A stretch of 59,206 nt of DNA, counting the filler, from Squatina squatina (taxonomy: Eukaryota): NCBI GenBank assembly GCA_031763465.1. It is 4 parts of 4 records of this genome, joined end to end, with 100 filler letters (N's around TTAATTAATTAA, not from the genome) between each part and the next. Parts side by side here need not be neighbours in the genome. Positions count along the whole stretch, not along the records: positions 39,112 to 59,206 come from JARFOE010000234.1; 3 more parts are not named here. The stretch is one strand, 5' to 3'. Below, piece after piece: positions 51,181 through 59,206 of this stretch. A program made the position numbers and the translations under genes. The notes beneath the pieces were generated by a model. It was not told the origin of the DNA. It saw nothing but the letters and a program-made list of their open reading frames with translations, and made no database searches. The first letter of the stretch is position 1. Each line of letters begins with the position of its first letter.

Positions 51181-54100
51181 CTGGCCTGCTCTGTCTGTAT
51201 TCATCCTCTGATCTTTTGATGTTAGAGGGAAAAAATAGCAATAGATCCTGTTTTATTTGAAGTGTTTCATAAATAAAGTGAACAATTACCAAAAACACTG
51301 CTGTACGCCCTCTACTATTGCAGCAATTTTCCGTATCAATTACATTTATTGTTCATGTAAGCATGGAGTACAAAAAAGTGGTTGTAAGAAATCTGCCAAT
51401 TAAGGGCATGTTTTTAAAGCACTTTAGCTGCTAGGCAATCCATAACCAAGATTATTTTTTTTAAAGGTTAAGCACTATGCACTTCTAATGAATGCTGCAG
51501 AAACTTAACCCTGGAGAAGTCTCCCTCACTCTACATAATTGGACTGGATGTTTTCATGACTAGCTGGTAACTCAAGGCAAGTGCTGTGTGTTTGCTCTTC
51601 CTGTTATTTCAGATTCAAATTTACNNNNNNNNNNNNNNNNNNNNNNNNNNNNNNNNNNNNNNNNNNNNNNNNNNNNNNNNNNNNNNNNNNNNNNNNNNNN
51701 NNNNNNNNNNNNNNNNNNNNNNNNCCACCCTGAACCTTTAGATTATTTTTCTCCCCTGATGGAGTGAGCTGTTAAAAAGATGAAAGGAACCAAGTAGCTT
51801 TGTTTTAAGCAAAGGAAAAGTGGTATTAAAACTATTGTCAAGTAAAACAAATTAGCCTTAACATCATATAGAGAAAGCTGCTCATTTGTCAAGCGTGAGA
51901 AAGTTCACAGCAAAACACATGAAGGCATTGTTCTCCCTCTATTCATGTGATTGTTAGTACCCTCGGTATTATGTCGAAGAGATATAATAGCAAGTGCCTT
52001 AATAACAGCTTCCATCCACGTCCAGGGTTGCTGCAGCCGAGATTATTCCATAAAAAATGAGTAATTCAGCCCACTACTGGGCCCCTTGATAAGAAATACC
52101 AATAAATCTTTTTCCTAAATGGATCATTTTGACACCTACAATAAAGAAGTTTTGGTTGGTAGAGTCTATGAGTGACATTTTGGTAGCAAGCCATTGCTGC
52201 GTCCACTGGGTATGAATGTGCTTGCAATATTATCAATAATGACTTGTTTATCCACTCTTTAACCACTGGCTTTGGCTGTTACTGTCTTCCACAAATCTAA
52301 AGTACAAAGGTCGCCCCATTCGCGACTTTTGCGTTTCTAGCGCTAAGCGCCGAATTTAGTGCTGAAAGTCAGACTCTTAGAAAATTTTCAGTGATGCCCT
52401 CANNNNNNNNNNNNNNNNNNNNNNNNNNNNNNNNNNNNNNNNNNNNNNNNNNNNNNNNNNNNNNNNNNNNNNNNNNNNNNNNNNNNNNNNNNNNNNNNNN
52501 NNCCCTGTAATGGTCAGACACCAAAACTCTGAACAATTGCCAAACAAATAAGACATGACCCAGAGTACAGCAACATACTTTGACATACTAAAACCTTGTA
52601 GGGATGCACCCTCACAAGAGAAATGCACAAGGCGGCAGATCACCCCTCACTTCTACACCCTTTACTTTATATCCTTGAACAACACCATGGGAGATTAACT
52701 GGCATTACTAAAAGTGCATCTTGGTCCTTATGAGCTTGTGAGAATCTTGCAGCATATCACCATTGAATAGTCTATCAAAGACTGTGACCTAAGACCCTTT
52801 CTTCCATTCTATGCTTTCCTAGTATTCTCTTGGATCTCTCATTACCTATACAATTGATCGCCTTTCCTCAAGGACAATACACATCTTTATTGAAAATCTT
52901 TCATCTCTCCTCAGAAACCTCACAATCTGCATATTCTTAAGAGGATGAAAGTTGCAAAAATCTGCTTATTTTGATTTAAATATTAATGGAAATTATACGC
53001 TAAGTATCTTTTGAATAGACTAATCCTCGAGTCCAACAAATATATTCATCTGGAAATGAATATATAGCATCATTTATAATCTTTTAAAAATGCAGCAAAG
53101 CAGCACATATGCTGTCATTATGATTAAACACATTTAGAGAATATTCTAAAATATTGATGAAGGTCACCTCAGAGCACCAAAGTACAATAATTAAAACATT
53201 TTTCTTTGTAATTGGCTTGTGATTATGTTGTGCTGCCACCTGAATGCCAGTAATCTATGTCAGCAGCTCAAGGGTTAAATGAGCGCAGTGGGATTGAGTA
53301 ATTATATATATTGATTAGCTGTAGAAATCCGCTAGCTGACAGGATAAGAAGGGCTCACTTTTCTGGTAGCACGGTCATTTTATTTTGGTTAAGATGGATG
53401 AGTTAATAAACACAGAGCAAGCACTCCCATAAATTCAGCATCTGTAATATTTGTCACTTTCAAAATTACTTGCTTGAGAGCAACAATCCGTTATGTGATT
53501 TCACAGGAGAGACGCCAGCAGACCTGAAGCAAGGTTTTCACTTTTTGTGGTGATTAATATACTGTTGTTGTTTAGAAAGGCAGCATCATTAGGCAGAAGC
53601 TTAGCTCCAGTGCACTGAGGAAATGTTGCTGCATTGAGCCATATTGTGCTATTTAGGAGATCACTGATGTTTCATTAGTGGGGATCACTGTGAGTTTTTG
53701 CTGGCAGTTTTGTTGCCTTGGGCTGGATTTATGGAAACTTCAGGATCATTTTTAAAAGACATTTACAGTAGGTGGTTTAATGCCTACATGAACCTAGCCC
53801 CCCAGATAACTGGATTGCCACTAATATGTGATTAAAATGTATTGCAGCATTTCTAAAATGCAGTATTTTTTTTTCAATTTCATTTTTCCACTGGCATTAA
53901 AGAAAGTGAATTTGAGGTCATGTAAAATAATGAAAACAGTCATGTAAGATTAAAGCAAATTTATACATCATTGTCATCCAATTAAATAAACTATGTTTGT
54001 TCTGTATTTTACAGAGTCCATTTAGTATTCTTCGCAATAAAAGTGTGCGCATGTCTGTGTATAGTTGCAGTCATCAAAATGAGGGATGATAGAAGTAGGA

Positions 54101-54324
54101 AATGGAAGTTTTCTATTTCCACCTTGGAGCCAGGCAAGGCAGCAGACATCAATCCTTCAGATGCAATGCAGACCTCCCTCTCTGTTACCCAGACATTATT
54201 CCTGAACCCAGTGACAGCATCCGTGACTGCACTATTTTGTTTTCCATACTGTCTGTCTGCTCCTTTTTATAGAGCATGCATAGTTTGTTCTATTATTGAT
54301 TCAAGTCTGTCTATTTATTACACA

Positions 54325-54455
54325 TAATCAGTGAGTATCGTCAGATTGTAATGTAGAGGACGGTATTAAACAGGAAACTAGAGATGCATGTAACAAGGGT
54401 ACTACAGTAATCATGGGTGACTTTAATCTATATATAGACTGGCCAAACCAAATTA
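54325..54455 (+). mobile_element. CR1 endonuclease-domain fragment
   Basis: IKQETRDACNKGTTVIMGDFNLYIDW (APE GDFN motif). Confidence 0.75.
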
Positions 54456-55704
54456 NNNNNNNNNNNNNNNNNNNNNNNNNNNNNNNNNNNNNNNNNNNNN
54501 NNNNNNNNNNNNNNNNNNNNNNNNNNNNNNNNNNNNNNNNNNNNNNNNNNNNNNNTCAAAAAATTAACTTTGTATTTTAAATAAGTAATTAAATTCTATT
54601 TTCACTCATTTTAAATGTGTAAGTTTTAAAAAAAATTAGTGCTTGTGCATTTTTGGGGGTATCACCATTCATACTAATGCTGATTACGAATGTACATAAT
54701 CACCACTGGTAAGAATGGGAATAAACTTATCTGGATTGGCTGGGCCCGCCCACTTGATCCTATTTACGCCTGCGATCCGCATATGTGGCCAGGTTGCAAG
54801 GCCCACTACACAAGGGCAACCAGAGAGGCCCAGAAACCGAAGTCTCCGAACCTCTCGGGACCCAAGGTAAGTTCGTAGAAATCTTTCCAGTCGGAGGCCT
54901 CCGCGTGCAGAAAGCCTCCAACAGGAATTTCAGGGCCATTAATGTGGTTGGTTGATAATACTTACACACAAAACAGCAAAGTCACTCTAGACTACACAGA
55001 AGATGGGTGGACCCTGGACAAAAAAAAATATTCTTTTCAAAACTTTTTTTGATTCAATTTTCGAGGAGTACATCACCTGGGTATAAATTTGAGAGAAAAA
55101 GAAAAACTAGAAATGTTGAAAATCACAAATAGAAATAGCAAATGTTGAAATATACAGTAGAACAGTTAGAATCAGAAAAAAAAGGTTAGTGTTTTAGGTT
55201 GGATCATTCATCAGTACTGTAGGGCCTCATTACTTCCTTTTCCCATGTTTTGTGAAGTGTGATCAGTGAGAACACATTGCTCAATAGGAGACGATTTTGA
55301 ACATAAGAACACGATCATTAAACTGAGTAGGACAGAATGAAAAGATACACATTGAAATACTTTGAGAACATTTTTGACATTTTTAATGTCCTGGTGCAGA
55401 ACCGTTTCTGTACATTTTGCAACATATTTTATTCAGAGAGCATTAGTTCTGATGGTTGTTTAAAATGGTAAAGCACTTCAAATAACTCACAAGGTATTCA
55501 ATTTTTATTGTGTTTTTTTATTTTATTGGACCACTACATCTTTCATTACCAATATAGAGACATAAAAGTTATTTAATTCCACTGTTCAGCATCAAATAGA
55601 GCACCTTACATAGCAACATACTTTGCATTTGTACCGAGGCCAGGCTCTCGGATTTTCTTTAGACTTAGCTCCTTGTGAAGTTCACCAGATATGGTACGGT
55701 AGCA

Positions 55705-56061
55705 TAGACCTGGACTACTGATCCAGCAACATGAAATCAAATCCCACCACAGCAGTTGAGGAATTCAATTTCAATTAATTAAATCTGGAATACAAAAAAA
55801 AAAGCTAGTAATCAGTATTGGTGGCCATGAAACTACTGGATTGTTGTAAAAACACATCTAGTTCACTAATGTCTTTTAGGAAAAGAAATCTGCCACCCTT
55901 ACCCACAGCAATATGGCTGACTCTTAACTGTCTTCTGAAATACCCTAGCAAGTCATTTAGTTATATTCAAGAAGGCATCACCACCTTCTCAAGGGCAATT
56001 AGGGATGGGCAATAAATGCTGGTTTTGACAGCGACACCCACATCTGAGGACTGAATAAAAA
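55705..56061 (+). mobile_element. SINE of a second family with LINE-derived 3' tail
   Basis: Degenerate B-box-like TCAAATCCCACC, then CACCACCTTCTCAAGGGCAATTAGGGATGGGCAATAAATGCTGG...CACCCACATC...GAATAAAAA, recalled as a common shark retroposon tail. Confidence 0.6.
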
Positions 56062-57278
56062 CAAATCAAACCCACTGCACCTGATAGTCCCCTGTACAGT
56101 TTTTGTACTTATTGCCTGTGTGCAAAGTGTTTCTTGAGACAATGAATGCTGCTAAACTGACATTTCATTTTCACCAGTGTTGATTTGAGTTTAATCCTAC
56201 TGTCACATTCTTGTACTGTTGGCTGGGCTGCATGTCCTCTGTCAGGTGAGATGTGATCATCCATGTAGTATATTGAGTGGTAGGTGCTGTTTATAGACTT
56301 TGCAGGTGATAAAGAGATCACACTGTGGATTTTCCATACAGCAGATGCTGTTGATTTGATTTTTTCAAATGAATTGTGGGTTTACTCCCGAGTGAGTTTT
56401 TGTTTGCTGCTCTGTAGCGTAGTGTAAGAATTTCAGTCCATTGTCATCACTTACTATCAGCTTGGTTTAAATTGCGTTATTCTTGCCACCTCATATGTCA
56501 AAATGCAATCTCAGACTTAGCCACAGTATGTTGATTAATATCTGCTGTGGATGTTGTCCCAGATGATATGTTTTATAACAATATTCCCCCCTGTTAATAA
56601 GTTTGCTGTTTTGCCTTTCCTATGCCGTTTTAAATTAATTTTGATGTGCTTTTGGAGAGCAATCATTTATTATTTTTCAAATGTAATTCATAATGAAAGA
56701 GTTGTAAATGCTCCATTTTAGGTGTCAGATGATACTATCAGCTAGACACCCTAACAGCAATGGCTTGTCCTCTGCATCATCATATTTTCTGACATGACAA
56801 TAAATTTAATCAAGGCGTTATTTTATTCATTAGGTGGTATTGATTCTGCCAAGCTGCTGCTTTACAGCACAGGGTTGACGTGAGCTCCCTCGGTAAGGTT
56901 ATTTTGAGCGTTTACTTTGTATGGGATAACTTACACCTTCATCTGCAAAAAGAAAAGATGATTTGCTTTCTCGGACCCTCTAGCTCAGCTGGGACAACAG
57001 TGGGAATGCTCCAAATGGGAGTGGGAGCACTCCAATATTGCGTTTCCTGGATGGTTCAGGTTTTTTTTTTGCGCACGACCAAATGTTGGGATGATATTGA
57101 GTGGATTTATTTTTAATAGAAGTTTTTTATTGTGTTTATATTCCATAAAAATCTTTTTTTTTTTAAAATTTTTTCCAANNNNNNNNNNNNNNNNNNNNNN
57201 NNNNNNNNNNNNNNNNNNNNNNNNNNNNNNNNNNNNNNNNNNNNNNNNNNNNNNNNNNNNNNNNNNNNNNNNNNNNNN

Positions 57279-57357
57279 CAATACTCCAGGTGTGGTCTCA
57301 CCAAGGCCCTGTACAACTGCAGTAGAACCTCCCTGCTCCTATACTCAAATCCTCTGT
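57279..57357 (-). mobile_element. CR1 ORF2 fragment
   Basis: RGFEYRSREVLLQLYRALVRPHLEY. Confidence 0.85.
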
Positions 57358-58315
57358 ACCAGCTGTACAACATGCTTTACAATTGTTTATTAAACCAATT
57401 ACTGTTCATTATGTTAAGATAAATTGCAGAAATGTCTAATGCTGTTAGTTCAGATCCACTGCTTTCTTTCGTGACACTAATTTGAGAAAGCATTTGGCAG
57501 AAATCAATGCCTCTGACCAATTCTATATTAAATTATGCTTGTTCTATGATTAAATTGAATACAGTAAACAGTTTGTCAAGCAAATTGATCAACTGTTGCA
57601 AACAAGGCCAGACTGTCACATCAAACTATATTGGAGTTCAGACACTGTTAAACTGTAAAGCCTACATCCAGATTAAGTCTTATCAGCTTGGCAGTGAGCA
57701 TATACAAAAGCAGATTCTGTCATATTTTGTAGAATAAAATATACAGTGCATTCAAAAGTTATCAGATTGCCATCATTGTAAGAAGAGTAAAGATGTGCAT
57801 TTCAACTTTGCCTGTGCCTATTGTGAAAACAGTTTCAGGTTTTAAATTCACTTTACCTTACATTTAGCCCATTGGTAACACACTAGTGGAAAATTCCAAC
57901 AGATGCTACTTTAACACAGTTATGGACCTGTTTAATAATAATTTTGTTAATGTAGCACACAGGGGAGTTTTGCTTGAGCATGTTAACCAGTGTGCTTAAA
58001 AGCAGACTTGGCAGGAATTCTACCCATTTACCTCTTTGGCCCTGTGTGTCACATTTTACAAACTATTATGAAATATGAAACTTTTCTATTATGTAATGTT
58101 GCTAAAATTGCCTTAATAGTGTTACGAGAATGTAAAGTTTATTAAAAATTCTAAAAGATATTGGGGGCTAAATTGGATAGCCTTCGACAATGGGTGATGC
58201 GCGATTAACCCACACNNNNNNNNNNNNNNNNNNNNNNNNNNNNNNNNNNNNNNNNNNNNNNNNNNNNNNNNNNNNNNNNNNNNNNNNNNNNNNNNNNNNN
58301 NNNNNNNNNNNNNNN

Positions 58316-58522
58316 AATTCAAAAATCAACAATGCAACTCTAAAATCAGCAATAGAATGCTGAAATCAACAATGCAATTCTTAAATCAACAGTTGAATTC
58401 CAAAATCAACAATGTCATTATAAAATCAACAATAGAATTCTAAAATCAACAATGCAATTCTTAAATCAACAATACAATTCTAAATTCAACAATGGAATTC
58501 TAAAACAAAAAATGCCATTCTA
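58316..58522 (+). repeat. 20-bp minisatellite, about 10 copies, consensus AATTCTAAAATCAACAATGC
   Basis: Units read directly; the array begins at a gap and may be longer. Confidence 0.92.
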
Positions 58523-59206
58523 CCGGGTTAAAATACTTTTCTGCTAGCAGCGATTCACTACTGGGGCATCTCGCAACCCAGGCTTATGTATAATCAGCAT
58601 CACTTTCTTCATAGTATCTGCTTAAATACCTGTCTTCAATAAATCCTATTTAATTGTCATGGAAAAGCTCCTGTATGAACCTCTGTCCCAGATTTTGAAA
58701 TTCCAAGGGAAATGGGTCTGTAGCTTATACAGTTGAATGGGTCCTTCTCTGATTACATAGAAACCAATGCCGCTTCTTGAATTACCGTATGCACAGGTCC
58801 ACATTTTCTCAGACATGCCAGCTATCTGCTTTATAAGCCAANNNNNNNNNNTTCAACCTGATAATAAGCTTTTCAACCCGTATGTCAGCCTGTCAGCATT
58901 TTAAAAGAAAAATTAACTTTTTCCACTGGGATTAGAAGTTGGCAACACAAACTAATCAAATCAGTTGAAAGGCACAACTGCAGGCTGTCAGAACCAATCA
59001 GAAGAGTTGGAAAGAAAACTGAAGGTTGATAGAATGAATTCCTTCTTTCACTGTTAGCTGTACATACACTTGAGCCACATAGGTTTTACGATGACCTGAT
59101 TGTTTCTGAAAATCACAGCTGCCCATATTTTTATTTATTGTTTGTCTCCAAAGAACATAACAAATGAGCTGCTAAACATAGAACATAGAACATAGAAAAT
59201 ACAGCA

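Noticed and set aside
55185-55216. Minus-strand CTGATGA...AAAAC resembling a Penelope-type minimal hammerhead ribozyme (similar remnants near 22680 and 33599)
   Set aside because: The catalytic GAAA and stem II are broken or absent; at most decayed retroelement remnants.
58316-58522. Regular short repeats as a possible CRISPR array
   Set aside because: Head-to-tail units without unique spacers, in eukaryotic DNA.

Overview
Vertebrate genomic DNA, most likely a cartilaginous fish (inferred from shark-type DeuSINE, CR1, L2 and RTE repeats). The assembly is very fragmented, with many 100-N gaps and three artificial TTAATTAATTAA linkers. The only long coding block is the first coding exon of CSGALNACT1 on the minus strand (19703-20345). 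Its next coding exon was not found, so 1-19702 appears intronic and everything above about 20480 is 5'UTR intron or upstream sequence. That first intron hides two plus-strand (antisense) exons on one ungapped contig. One is a frameshifted alpha-1 adrenoceptor last exon (ECL3, TM7, helix 8) at 2820-2987, absent from the ORF track. The other is a CRIM1 exon-2-like cysteine-rich exon at 4666 to at least 4799. The rest is transposon-derived: a decayed DD35D pogo (Passer/POGK-like) transposase, RTE, CR1 and L2 fragments, DeuSINEs, and hAT and PIF/Harbinger-like MITEs, plus simple repeats. Protein comparisons use reference sequences recalled from memory; no database search was run.
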